The notes under the pieces were generated by a model. That model searched no databases and was not told where the DNA came from. It saw only the letters and a program-made list of their open reading frames with translations. A DNA stretch of 53,713 bases from a virus, in IMG/VR virus record IMGVR_UViG_3300012200_000003, positions 1 to 53,713 of that record; one strand, 5' to 3'. Shown in pieces: positions 19,444 to 28,540 of the stretch. How positions within the stretch are numbered: the stretch's first letter is position 1; every line of letters starts with the position of its first letter. A program made the translations under genes and the position numbers.

Positions 19444-20829
19444 TTAATTACTACTTACAGTATTTCCAGCAGCTATTAAAGCATCTCTATCTATAATACC
19501 TTGTCCCGTTGGCGCAGCATTAGTGCCACCATCTAAGAAAATTTGACAATTAATTACACCACTTACTATTGCTCTAGCAAGAATATGGTTAACAGATGCA
19601 ACAGAAAGATCACAAGCATCAAAAGCTAATGTAGTATTATTAGAAAAAATAAAGTTTGGAAAATTGATATTAGTAAGATTTTCACAATTATCAGCGTAAA
19701 AGTTTCCATTTACAATAGTTAGATCTAATAAATTCAATTCTGTCAGCAATGGAGAAGCTTCTATATGAAAATCTCCATTTATAATATGAAGACTAGATAA
19801 ATTTATACTCTCTAATATAAAACTTCCATCTAACCACAATGTCCCAACAACACGTTTAAGATCAGATAAACTTAAACTACTAACTAAAGTTCCATCGTCA
19901 GAACCTAAATCAGAAAAAGCTAAAACTAAATTACTAAAGTTTACAATTCCTACGCCAGGGAATGTTACATTTCTAGTTACAATCTGAATATTAGAAAATT
20001 GACTATAAACCCCATTCTTCTTTGATCTAACTTTATAATACCAAGTAGTATCAGGTGGCATTAAGGATTCATCATTAAAAGTTATAGAAGTCAACTGAGT
20101 ATAAATTAAATTATAATTTATACCATCAATACTTCTATAAATTTCATATAAATCTGGAATACTATCAGGATCATCTATATTAAGTATGATATTATCTATA
20201 GTAGAAAATTCATCTATAGAAATACTAATCGCATCAACTCCAAATGTTTGTTGTGTATCAAGACAAGTATTTATCACAGTATAATAATCTCCAGAAAGAG
20301 GATCAAAGTTAGTTATATCAAAAGACATATCATTACAAGTGTTATACACTGGAGCTAAATCTATCTCACCAGTTTCACAAAGTATAATAGGAAATTTAAA
20401 CTGCGAAATTTTAAGTTGTTTTCCACCTCCCTCAATTAAAGCATTATTAGTTGACCAAATTTCTAAATAAAAATTCTTATTTATTACTTTTCCATTATAA
20501 GGAGGAATATAAAGTAATCCGTCATTTTTATACCACAATTTATATCGAAGCACATTATTATTTTCATCTTTCCAGGAAATACATGGTATATAATTTCCAT
20601 CGGAAGAAAGATCAATGTATTCTAAAATAGAAAAAGATTTTTCAAAAGAATAATAATACTTACGTATGATCTCAGAAGATCCGCGCCAGGTATTTTCAAT
20701 AGAAAAAACTGGAATTGTAAAATAATATGGAAGTTTTGTTACATATCTAGCTGCACTTTTTACCTTACTAGAAGCTTGCCTAGTATAAAGTAATCTTTCT
20801 TCTCGAAATGGTGGTAAAATAATACTCAC
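19444..20829 (-). CDS. Receptor-binding-like protein with an FN3-like domain and C-terminal leucine-rich repeats
   Basis: FN3-like segment YEIYRSIDGINYNLIYTQ...TWYYKVRSKKNGVYSQFS. LRR-like segment LESINLSSLHIINGDFHIEASPLLTELNLLDLTIVNGNFYADNCENLTNINFPNF. Confidence 0.6.
   Translation of the reverse strand: MSIILPPFREERLLYTRQASSKVKSAARYVTKLPYYFTIPVFSIENTWRGSSEIIRKYYYSFEKSFSILEYIDLSSDGNYIPCISWKDENNNVLRYKLWYKNDGLLYIPPYNGKVINKNFYLEIWSTNNALIEGGGKQLKISQFKFPIILCETGEIDLAPVYNTCNDMSFDITNFDPLSGDYYTVINTCLDTQQTFGVDAISISIDEFSTIDNIILNIDDPDSIPDLYEIYRSIDGINYNLIYTQLTSITFNDESLMPPDTTWYYKVRSKKNGVYSQFSNIQIVTRNVTFPGVGIVNFSNLVLAFSDLGSDDGTLVSSLSLSDLKRVVGTLWLDGSFILESINLSSLHIINGDFHIEASPLLTELNLLDLTIVNGNFYADNCENLTNINFPNFIFSNNTTLAFDACDLSVASVNHILARAIVSGVINCQIFLDGGTNAAPTGQGIIDRDALIAAGNTVSSN
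19514..19528 (-). promoter_or_regulatory. Weaker intragenic sigma-54-like site (P8 candidate)
   Basis: Minus strand reads TGGCACTAATGCTGC with correct spacing. It is inside the 3' end of 19444..20829, about 75 nt upstream of the tail-fibre ATG. The -12 flank (CTGCGCC) is unlike the other seven sites. Confidence 0.25.
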
Positions 20830-21008
20830 TGATTTTCTAATATTTTATCTGCAACTGATTTTCTATATCTTTGATAGCGTGCATCATTCATAAACCATCC
20901 ATCTTCTTTTATAATATCACCCTTTTTCACTCTTATTTCCATTTGATCTATTGGTATTATCTTTAAGCTTCTGCAACCTATCAAGTTCATCAAGATCAGA
21001 AGTAGCAT
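20826..21008 (-). CDS. Candidate o-spanin (outer-membrane lipoprotein), overlapping the i-spanin frame
   Basis: From internal Met16 the sequence is MLLLILMNLIGC.., with lipobox LIGC. The ORF starts inside 20917..21162 in another frame, as in the Rz/Rz1 arrangement. Confidence 0.45.
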   Translation of the reverse strand: MLLLILMNLIGCRSLKIIPIDQMEIRVKKGDIIKEDGWFMNDARYQRYRKSVADKILENQ

Positions 21009-21162
21009 TAAGAGTTGCTTGAATTGAATTTTCACTTTTAATATCTTTATCAATTTGTTCTATTCTTTTTTTATGCTGTTCAAGAGGATCATCTAATTTT
21101 CTAGCTTTTCTTTTTAGAAAGAAAAATATGCTATTAAGAAACTGAAAAATCGCTTTTATCAT
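20917..21162 (-). CDS. Candidate i-spanin
   Basis: N-terminal hydrophobic segment IKAIFQFLNSIFFFL followed by KRKARK, then a charged helical region. Confidence 0.45.
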   Translation of the reverse strand: MIKAIFQFLNSIFFFLKRKARKLDDPLEQHKKRIEQIDKDIKSENSIQATLNATSDLDELDRLQKLKDNTNRSNGNKSEKG

Positions 21163-21588
21163 TTAGTATCCTAATGCAATTTTCATCCCATCTCGAATAC
21201 CTTTAGAAGCTGCCATTACATAAATATTATCCTCAATATTTATTTTATCACCAATAGATAAATCAAATAACATAGTAGCATTATCTATTACTATCTTAGC
21301 ATTCTCACTTTTAAGCTCACGAATAGGTAATTTAGATATTATCTCTCTAAGTAAAATACCAGTAACTTTTTTATTATTTACAAGAACATCTAGAGATGAA
21401 TAGGCCAAATTAAAATCATCTTTCCATTCTGGTTTTTGTTTTAAGGCGGCAGAAATTCCTATACTTGATGCCATATAAGAAAGTTTATATACATCATTTG
21501 CTTTTTGAACTTCTGTAGAATCTTTATTTAAAATTGCACAATTAGTTAATAAAACAGCCGCCGCTAATAGAGTTATTTTATTTTTCAT
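21163..21588 (-). CDS. Lipoprotein (141 aa)
   Basis: Signal peptide with lipobox MKNKITLLAAAVLLTNC. Confidence 0.6.
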   Translation of the reverse strand: MKNKITLLAAAVLLTNCAILNKDSTEVQKANDVYKLSYMASSIGISAALKQKPEWKDDFNLAYSSLDVLVNNKKVTGILLREIISKLPIRELKSENAKIVIDNATMLFDLSIGDKINIEDNIYVMAASKGIRDGMKIALGY

Positions 21589-21809
21589 TTTGGAGCTACT
21601 TTAGTTAATTTTCTTCTTAGGATTTTTTCACCAGCATCTTGAATTAAATGTTTTGCTGCAATATAGCCACCGAACCAAAACAAATTTGGATCTGGATGAT
21701 GAATTGAGTTAGGAATTTCTTTTTCTGATACAATAATAACAAGGTGTGGAAAAACTTCTGATAGTTCATTATAAGCATAAACTAAAATCTTTTTTTGCTT
21801 TTCTGTCAT
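21585..21809 (-). CDS. Hypothetical protein (start moved to Met13 of the track ORF 21585..21845)
   Basis: Met13 (MTEKQKK) gives an ATGA overlap with the upstream stop. Confidence 0.45.
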   Translation of the reverse strand: MTEKQKKILVYAYNELSEVFPHLVIIVSEKEIPNSIHHPDPNLFWFGGYIAAKHLIQDAGEKILRRKLTKVAPK

Positions 21810-22126
21810 TTCTTTTGAGACTTTTCTAATTCCTGACGTATCCACTCCGTTTCTGTTCTTTTATTAACCTCTGTTTCATGCTTTTCTAAAGCATCTTTTA
21901 ATCTAGAATAAGACTGATTCATGAAGGCTGCAATATTTATAGCAATGCAACCAATAACGCCAGCAAGTAAAATAGAAAAATCAAAAGAATCTATTCCTGA
22001 AGGTGAATGTGCTTTAATTTGTAAGCCTTTTAAGGATTCCACAATAAAAATAGCAAGATTTCCAAAAACAAAACAACTACCAATTATAATAACAGGAGAT
22101 GTTTTTGGTTTTACTAAATCACTCAT
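21806..22126 (-). CDS. Holin-like membrane protein (2 TM)
   Basis: Two hydrophobic segments (VIIIGSCFVFGNLAIFIV and ILLAGVIGCIAINIAAFM) and a highly charged C-terminus. Adjacent to the spanin candidates. Confidence 0.45.
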   Translation of the reverse strand: MSDLVKPKTSPVIIIGSCFVFGNLAIFIVESLKGLQIKAHSPSGIDSFDFSILLAGVIGCIAINIAAFMNQSYSRLKDALEKHETEVNKRTETEWIRQELEKSQKK

Positions 22127-22323
22127 AAAAAATTTTTAGACCAAATTAAATTAGCTTCATTAGCATCCGAAATTGGAAGTTCTTTTTTCATTGTCATTGC
22201 TATATTTTGATAACCTTTTTTCATTCCATGAACAAATCCAAATTTAAATAACCCTTCAAGTAATATTTTACAATGTTCATCATCAGTAGTTCTAATTAAA
22301 TGTATAATTTCGTCTGCTTTCAC
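22123..22323 (-). CDS. Hypothetical protein (66 aa, GTG start)
   Basis: ORF track; stop overlaps the downstream start. Confidence 0.4.
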   Translation of the reverse strand: MKADEIIHLIRTTDDEHCKILLEGLFKFGFVHGMKKGYQNIAMTMKKELPISDANEANLIWSKNFL

Positions 22324-22326
22324 ATT

Positions 22327-22401
22327 TCATAAAATAGCCATCCAAAACCATACCCAAAAAATTATAAAAAGAATAATTAAACATTTTTTAAACCAACTCA
22401 T
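22327..22401 (-). CDS. Possible 24-aa hydrophobic peptide (MSWFKKCLIILFIIFWVWFWMAIL)
   Basis: Hand-translated. The ATG overlaps the upstream stop (ATGA). Fills an otherwise empty 74-nt gap. Confidence 0.2.
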   Translation of the reverse strand: MSWFKKCLIILFIIFWVWFWMAIL

Positions 22402-23396
22402 TTTTGTCTATTTAATAATGTCTCAAATGGCTGCCAAGCTAAAGTATAATAATTTGTATTTTGAGTAGCAGTAATAGCTCGCCCTAAAGCATAACCACCC
22501 ATTAAATGAGTAGTCATTCCTTCCGGTTGAAATGGAGACATATTTGGAAGATTATTCTGACAAAAAACATAAATAGATGTTGTTAAGTTAGCAGAATTTC
22601 CTGCTACTGCGGCTGAAGTAGCAGTAAGTGAATTATTATGATATTGTTTAACACCATTTGATGAGGCAGAAGTTTTTGTTCCAAGATAAAATCCTGTTCC
22701 ATTTGTGTCAGCACTTATAGCTGCACTTCCATCACTCCAAATCCTAGTAAGTTGTCCTGCTGCACTATGAACAGCATAAATTATTAATTTATCTAGAGTA
22801 GAAGGATTATATACACCTAACTCATCAGCAGACTCAGAAGCACCTCCCATCATATAAACACAAGCATGAACATCACTTTGCCAAGAACTTACATTATTTG
22901 GAATTACTCCTGTATCAAAAGCAACCCAAACATTAGATGTAAGACAACCAAGACCACCACTTGATCCTGTTTCAGTATATTTCCATCTTGCTTGGTAAGC
23001 ATCTACAAGACCAGAATTTACACATATATCTAGTCCATTTCCAGTATCATTAATAAGTGGTATTTGTGGAGAACCTATATTATACTGATTTGGAGCTGTT
23101 GTTCCAGTTCCACATCCACCACCACTTTCATAACTACCGCCACACATTAAATTAGCACGAAGGATATTTCCAGGATAAAGACCAGAAGTTCTAATTCCTC
23201 CCATCCAAACAGAAGAAGCAATTAAAGAAATAGTTTTATTAAATGTCGAACTGCACCTTAATCCAGTAGTTGTAAAAACAATATTATTTGTACTACAACG
23301 ATAATTCCAGTTTACTACTTGAGAATCAAATGCTACCTGAACTGGGCCAGCGGCGCTTAAACTTAAAACTAAAAATAAAGATATTAAGTATTTCAT
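22398..23396 (-). CDS. N/T/G/S-rich protein with a signal-peptide-like N-terminus (332 aa)
   Basis: N-terminus MKYLISLFLVLSLSAAGPV. Coupled to the fibre gene. Confidence 0.55.
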   Translation of the reverse strand: MKYLISLFLVLSLSAAGPVQVAFDSQVVNWNYRCSTNNIVFTTTGLRCSSTFNKTISLIASSVWMGGIRTSGLYPGNILRANLMCGGSYESGGGCGTGTTAPNQYNIGSPQIPLINDTGNGLDICVNSGLVDAYQARWKYTETGSSGGLGCLTSNVWVAFDTGVIPNNVSSWQSDVHACVYMMGGASESADELGVYNPSTLDKLIIYAVHSAAGQLTRIWSDGSAAISADTNGTGFYLGTKTSASSNGVKQYHNNSLTATSAAVAGNSANLTTSIYVFCQNNLPNMSPFQPEGMTTHLMGGYALGRAITATQNTNYYTLAWQPFETLLNRQK

Positions 23397-25204
23397 CTTC
23401 GCAAGTAATTTACAGGTAAAACTGCTACATTACCATTTGTTTGTGGACTATTTATAAGTGTAAAAGTATCCCAAGCATTAGCTGTTGCTGTAAGAGCAAA
23501 TGTTCCATTTACACCAGCAAAAATAGAATTAGTAAAGGTTACTGTCCTACTACCAGTTCCATCTTGTATAATATGTAACTGAAGCCATTGAAAACTATTA
23601 GTATCTGGAACATTGGAACACACAATATCACTAAAGAAAGCATTAGTCGTTAATATTAATTTATAAGCTACATTAGTTTTTGCCCAATCAATTTGGTTCG
23701 CATCTACATTTGTTGTAGTCATTGTTAATGTAATTATTGAACTCCTATAATTGGTTGAGCCAGAAGAACTTCCACCTCCAGATGGAACAGTATATGTTCC
23801 AATTCCATTAAGAAATTTAGTTACATCATTAGTAAGTTTAGGAAGGAATCCATGTTTAGAAGTAGAAGCATCTCCTGTAGTTAAATCAGTTAAATTAAGT
23901 TGATTTTCTACAATATTTGTAGGAAATAAAGTTTGTCCGGTTAAAGTTAATCCAGTTCCTAAAGTAACATTAGTTGCAACTCCAGTAGAAGTAACCATAA
24001 GAACAGAGTTAGATAAAGATAATAGTTGCAAACTATTTGTAATTATAACAGTATTCCCTTTTCCAGAAATAAAGAAAGCATTACTTGTAGTTAATGTATA
24101 TGCAATAGTAAGATTACTATTAACTGTAAGAGTATTAACTGTTAAATTACTATTTATAGTAATATTATTAAAAGTAATATCCTGACTTAAATTAGTTGTA
24201 TAACCAAAATTTCCATTTCCATCATTAGTTAGCATTCCTACACCATTTATTATGTAGCTTTGGCTATTAGTTGTAAGCCAGATTACAAGAGTATTAGCAG
24301 AGCCAGAAGCAGGAATATTAGTTAATACATTTATTCCATCTTTTCTAAGAAATCCAGTAAAATTATTTGTTCCTAGCCATGTATTAGTTTCAGAAAGCAA
24401 AGTTCTATAACCAGTAGCATTTGTAACAACATCAACCCCATTTAACTTAAGACTATTAGTAAAACTACCATTATTAGCATTTAAAGTTCCAAGTCCTCCT
24501 ATATTAGTAGTATATCCAAAATTTCCAGCACCATCATTAGTAAGTATCCCAGAAAGATTAACAATATATGATAAAGAATTACTTGTTAACCATTTAGTTA
24601 ATGTGTTAGTTGAACCTACAGCTGGAATATTAGTAAGAACTTGAACACCATTAAAAAGGAGACTATTAGTAAATCCTCCATTGTTAGCATTTATTGTTCC
24701 TATACCATATAAATTAGTTGATTCATTCCCATCTCCTTTAAAAACACTATTAGTATTTCCACTTAATTTTTGCAAAAATCCATGTTTTGTAGTTGAAGCA
24801 TTATTAGTTATAGTATCTGAAAATAACAATTGTTTTTCTGAAATATTTGTAAAATGTAAATGAACATCTGTAAATGATCCATCTAATGCCCATAGTGCAT
24901 TAGTTGAATCAGCAAAAATTGGATTAATAACTGTTCCGCCAACACCTGGACCGGAAAAATTTATAATTACACTAGTTATTGCATTACTAGGTCCAAAATT
25001 ATTAGTAGAAATTCCTAAAATATTTGTCCCTTGAACTAAAAGTAATTTTCCACTCCCAACACTATTAGTTATAATATTACGAATAATATTAGTTGTTCCT
25101 CTTGGTGAACTAATATTTACATCAGTTACAGCACCAAATAAAGAAGAGATAGCTAGTATAGTACACACTATACTAGCTATTCTCCTATTACAACCTGGGG
25201 TCAT
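23393..25204 (-). CDS. Fibre-like protein with internal ~104-aa repeats (603 aa)
   Basis: Duplicated blocks VLTNIPA(V/S)GS(T/A)NTL..WLT(S/T)NS.SYI(V/I)N..G(I/M)LTNDG.GNFGYTTN and S(T)(T/S)KHGFL.KL. Hydrophobic N-terminus. Confidence 0.65.
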   Translation of the reverse strand: MTPGCNRRIASIVCTILAISSLFGAVTDVNISSPRGTTNIIRNIITNSVGSGKLLLVQGTNILGISTNNFGPSNAITSVIINFSGPGVGGTVINPIFADSTNALWALDGSFTDVHLHFTNISEKQLLFSDTITNNASTTKHGFLQKLSGNTNSVFKGDGNESTNLYGIGTINANNGGFTNSLLFNGVQVLTNIPAVGSTNTLTKWLTSNSLSYIVNLSGILTNDGAGNFGYTTNIGGLGTLNANNGSFTNSLKLNGVDVVTNATGYRTLLSETNTWLGTNNFTGFLRKDGINVLTNIPASGSANTLVIWLTTNSQSYIINGVGMLTNDGNGNFGYTTNLSQDITFNNITINSNLTVNTLTVNSNLTIAYTLTTSNAFFISGKGNTVIITNSLQLLSLSNSVLMVTSTGVATNVTLGTGLTLTGQTLFPTNIVENQLNLTDLTTGDASTSKHGFLPKLTNDVTKFLNGIGTYTVPSGGGSSSGSTNYRSSIITLTMTTTNVDANQIDWAKTNVAYKLILTTNAFFSDIVCSNVPDTNSFQWLQLHIIQDGTGSRTVTFTNSIFAGVNGTFALTATANAWDTFTLINSPQTNGNVAVLPVNYLRR

Positions 25205-25677
25205 TAAGGTTGATGATAATTTAATACCATTGTAACTCCACCTTGGTCATTTGAAACATTTACATATTTTGTAAATATAAGCGGAGTATCAAATGTAAAT
25301 GGTGCCACATTAGCCCCAATATTTAATACCAATATTGGTGTTGTATTATTAGTTGCAGCAGCTACAGCAGCTATAACTGAATATAATACAGTATTAGTAA
25401 AATTATTGGTAATACCATTTACACCAACAAAAGTAGTAATACGATTTGTAGCATATATTGTTACATTTGAATATGCTCCAGTAACATTTGTTATTGCCCC
25501 GTCATAAAAACGAAGAAGAACATTTGTTGTTCCAGTGATTTGTAAACTAGATAATACAATAGCTTCATTAACTACAGTCCTAAGACCTGTTGCCATATTA
25601 TTAGTTACATATATCTCAGCCACTAAACACTCAGTAAAGAGTGCCATTGTAAAGATAAGAGTAAGTAATTTTTTCAT
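25204..25677 (-). CDS. N/T-rich protein with a signal-peptide-like N-terminus (157 aa)
   Basis: N-terminus MKKLLTLIFTMALFTECLVAEI. First gene after the capsid gene. Confidence 0.5.
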   Translation of the reverse strand: MKKLLTLIFTMALFTECLVAEIYVTNNMATGLRTVVNEAIVLSSLQITGTTNVLLRFYDGAITNVTGAYSNVTIYATNRITTFVGVNGITNNFTNTVLYSVIAAVAAATNNTTPILVLNIGANVAPFTFDTPLIFTKYVNVSNDQGGVTMVLNYHQP

Positions 25678-25700
25678 AGATTTTAGATTTTAAATGTTAA

Positions 25701-26978
25701 TTACACTCCGCGCTTTCGTTTATGAACAATAGGAAATATATTCCTACGTTGTTTTGCAACTATTCCTAATGCTACTTGAGCAATAAACCACAGCCACTCA
25801 CCATAAACATTAGTTTCATAAACTGTTAATCCAGTACTGGCATCAATACAAGGAACAAGTTTTTGTTTAGTAGCAATTACTCTACCATTCCATTCCATTT
25901 TAGGAAAGTTATGTGGTGGAGAATCACCAGTAAATGCTGATGGTGGAGGTCCAACTTGAATACTTTCATGTCCTGGAGCACCAATTAAGTAACTAACTTC
26001 ATATGGTGATCCATTTTCATCAATAGTTGCATAAACAGGATTAGGAAGACATTCACCTTCATTTTCTCCATTATCCTGAACTATTTCCGGCTCTGGAAAT
26101 GTAGCATCATTTTTGAAGCGCATAGGAAGATCTTCAAGTTTTGATGTAATCATTCCAAAGATAGAACCTTTGAAACTATCATTCACAACATCAAGATCAC
26201 AATTCTTGTGTTGTTGCAAATAAGGATCAAATGTAAACTGAGAATAAGTTTCATTACTTGTCGATAAGCAATATTTACCATCAAGTATCTTATCCTCTGT
26301 TGGCATATCAGAACCTTTAAAAAATGGAATCCGAAAATCAGTATCCATTTTACTAAAAGCATCATGAAGTGCTGGAAGTGTTAAATGAGAAGTTACATTT
26401 CCTAGTTGTGCTAATAGAAGAGCAGTTGTCTTTCCATCATTTGCTGTGTCAAATGTTCCAACACCAAGCCAAGGTGGAGTATTTACTACAACCATTTTAT
26501 TAGGTTGTGCAAGAAACATAAATGGAGACATATGCCAGATATTAGTACGAATAAAAATATCTTCATATCTTTCTATCTTCTCCATAATATCAGTTGCATT
26601 ATCATCAACATGATCAAGAAAGTCATTAAAAGATGGATAGAAATTAAGTCCATGACTTTCAAACCTCTGTCTATAAACATTAGCTTGAACAGTTCTTTCT
26701 TTAACTCCCATTACATCTTTCTTTGGAACATTCTTAAGCAAGTTTGGATATGCAAACTGTCTCCTATGTGGTGATGGTTCTGTAATAACTCCTTTAAGAG
26801 TATCACCTTCATTTGGAACCCATTTTCGTTTCTTTACAAACTTAGCCCAATGTGTAAAAGTTTTACGCCTTTCTACCATCATTTTAGCAAGATAGAATGG
26901 CATAGAATTATACATTGCTCGATCTACTTCTGTCCAACCAGAACATGCTGGAACATCCAGCAAATTTGGCATATTCAT
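25701..26978 (-). CDS. Probable major capsid protein (425 aa)
   Basis: Synteny portal - small - acidic scaffold - this ORF. Has its own -24/-12 promoter. Visibly higher G+C and codon bias. Confidence 0.6.
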   Translation of the reverse strand: MNMPNLLDVPACSGWTEVDRAMYNSMPFYLAKMMVERRKTFTHWAKFVKKRKWVPNEGDTLKGVITEPSPHRRQFAYPNLLKNVPKKDVMGVKERTVQANVYRQRFESHGLNFYPSFNDFLDHVDDNATDIMEKIERYEDIFIRTNIWHMSPFMFLAQPNKMVVVNTPPWLGVGTFDTANDGKTTALLLAQLGNVTSHLTLPALHDAFSKMDTDFRIPFFKGSDMPTEDKILDGKYCLSTSNETYSQFTFDPYLQQHKNCDLDVVNDSFKGSIFGMITSKLEDLPMRFKNDATFPEPEIVQDNGENEGECLPNPVYATIDENGSPYEVSYLIGAPGHESIQVGPPPSAFTGDSPPHNFPKMEWNGRVIATKQKLVPCIDASTGLTVYETNVYGEWLWFIAQVALGIVAKQRRNIFPIVHKRKRGV

Positions 26979-27070
26979 GTATTTATTCTAATCTTGAAAG
27001 TTAAATCTAAGTTAAAAATGTAACTTAGAACATTTGTGTTAGCTCAAAACACGAAGATAGAAGCTTAATT

Positions 27071-27092
27071 TGCGAGGCTCAGGATTCTCGCA
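27071..27092 (-). promoter_or_regulatory. 5'-leader hairpin of the capsid mRNA
   Basis: TGCGAG-N10-CTCGCA, a 6-bp GC-rich stem just downstream of the expected P5 start site. Confidence 0.4.
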
Positions 27093-27116
27093 GAAGCATT
27101 TAACAAAACCATATAA

Positions 27117-27131
27117 GCAGGTCTTGTGCCA
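27117..27131 (-). promoter_or_regulatory. Sigma-54 (-24/-12) promoter P5, upstream of the capsid gene
   Basis: Minus strand reads aaGTGGCACAAGACCTGCTTATAT. Lies in the 190-nt gap between the scaffold stop and the capsid ATG. Confidence 0.7.
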
Positions 27132-27168
27132 CTTATATTTACTATTAAGAAAACAACCTACTAATAAA

Positions 27169-28233
27169 CTATCCCTGCCTTCTTTTACTATAATCAGAAA
27201 ATTTAATACCACTATCAGCACCCTTATTATTAACAAAATCACCTTTAAGTGGTTGTGCTCCAGCCGCGTCTTTTTTAACACCTTTTATCTTATCTAACTC
27301 ATCTAATGCTTTCTTTAATCTACCCATAAGTATAGCATTGTTAGCCGCTGTCATAGCTAAAAGTTCTGCAACAGGATTATTTCTAAAAGAAGGTGGAAGT
27401 GCCTCAATCACTGCATCTTGAATTTTTCTTGTTGGATGATCTTTCTTATCATATCCTGGAAAATATTTTTCTTTTGCAGCATTCACCACAGTTAAATCAT
27501 TTTCATATGTTTTACCATAAGTATCTATATAAGATTTTAAACCTTTTGATGCTTCAAAATTTTGCTCTCTTGCAAATTGTAATTGATCTCCTATAAAAGC
27601 TTCAGATTCTGCATTAGATTCTTTTGGTTCAGAAAGCATTAATTTTCCTGTTTTAGGATCCATGTCTATATCTTGCCATTTTTCTCCTCTAGAAACTTTA
27701 GCTGCTTGAAGTGACCAATGAGATTTAATTCTCTCTGACAGATTATAATCATTTAAATGTGTTTCATACTCTTTTGTTAACATGAAAGCTTTTGGATGCC
27801 CATGAATAGTAGCAGCTTCTTTTTTTCTAGATTCTTTTAAAGCCTCATTTTCTTGTTTAAGCTGTTTATGTTCTAAATAAAGAGGTTTAAGTTTATTAAA
27901 ACTTTCATTAGACATTGTCTTAAAAAATGGTCTATCTTCTTCAGGAATATCATCTAAAGTTCTTGGGAGAGTCTCTTTCTTAACTTTTACTTCTTTTTTA
28001 GGTTCTACTAAACTTTCATCAATAGTTACCCCACGATTCTTTAGAAAATCAGAGAACCCTATTTCTTTTTCTTCTGTTTTTTCTTTATCTAGATCAGCGG
28101 CCTCAGATTTTTCAACTACTTCTTCTTTTTCTTCTTTAGTTTCTGGCAACACTACCTCAACTTCTTCATTTTGTTCAGTAGTTTCTTTGGCCGTTTCTTG
28201 ATTTTCTACTTTATTTTCATTTTCTTCTGGCAT
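27169..28233 (-). CDS. Probable scaffolding protein (354 aa)
   Basis: Extremely acidic, Glu/Lys-rich N-terminal half. Lies between the portal and capsid genes. Confidence 0.6.
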   Translation of the reverse strand: MPEENENKVENQETAKETTEQNEEVEVVLPETKEEKEEVVEKSEAADLDKEKTEEKEIGFSDFLKNRGVTIDESLVEPKKEVKVKKETLPRTLDDIPEEDRPFFKTMSNESFNKLKPLYLEHKQLKQENEALKESRKKEAATIHGHPKAFMLTKEYETHLNDYNLSERIKSHWSLQAAKVSRGEKWQDIDMDPKTGKLMLSEPKESNAESEAFIGDQLQFAREQNFEASKGLKSYIDTYGKTYENDLTVVNAAKEKYFPGYDKKDHPTRKIQDAVIEALPPSFRNNPVAELLAMTAANNAILMGRLKKALDELDKIKGVKKDAAGAQPLKGDFVNNKGADSGIKFSDYSKRRQG

Positions 28234-28237
28234 AATA

Positions 28238-28540
28238 TTACTCTATATCAATTGGATGTTTATTTGTCGTTAAAAATTCTATTACCTCTCTATATCCCAC
28301 TGCCTTCAGAAGATTTTTTGCAATATTTTCACTTTGTAAATTAGCTTTAGCAGAATTTCTTGCATTATTTAATAAAGTTAATTCTCTTTTACCTAAAAAT
28401 AAAATAAGTTCTTGTGTAAACGGAAGCCTAAGCCATTTCTCAAACTCTTCTTTTTTAAGCTGCTCAGTTAAGTTATCTTCCTTTACTTCAAGTTCTATAT
28501 CTCTTGAAGCACTTTTATTATATGCAGAAGTAAAACTCAT
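28238..28540 (-). CDS. Hypothetical protein (100 aa)
   Basis: ATGA-coupled to the portal gene. Confidence 0.5.
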   Translation of the reverse strand: MSFTSAYNKSASRDIELEVKEDNLTEQLKKEEFEKWLRLPFTQELILFLGKRELTLLNNARNSAKANLQSENIAKNLLKAVGYREVIEFLTTNKHPIDIE

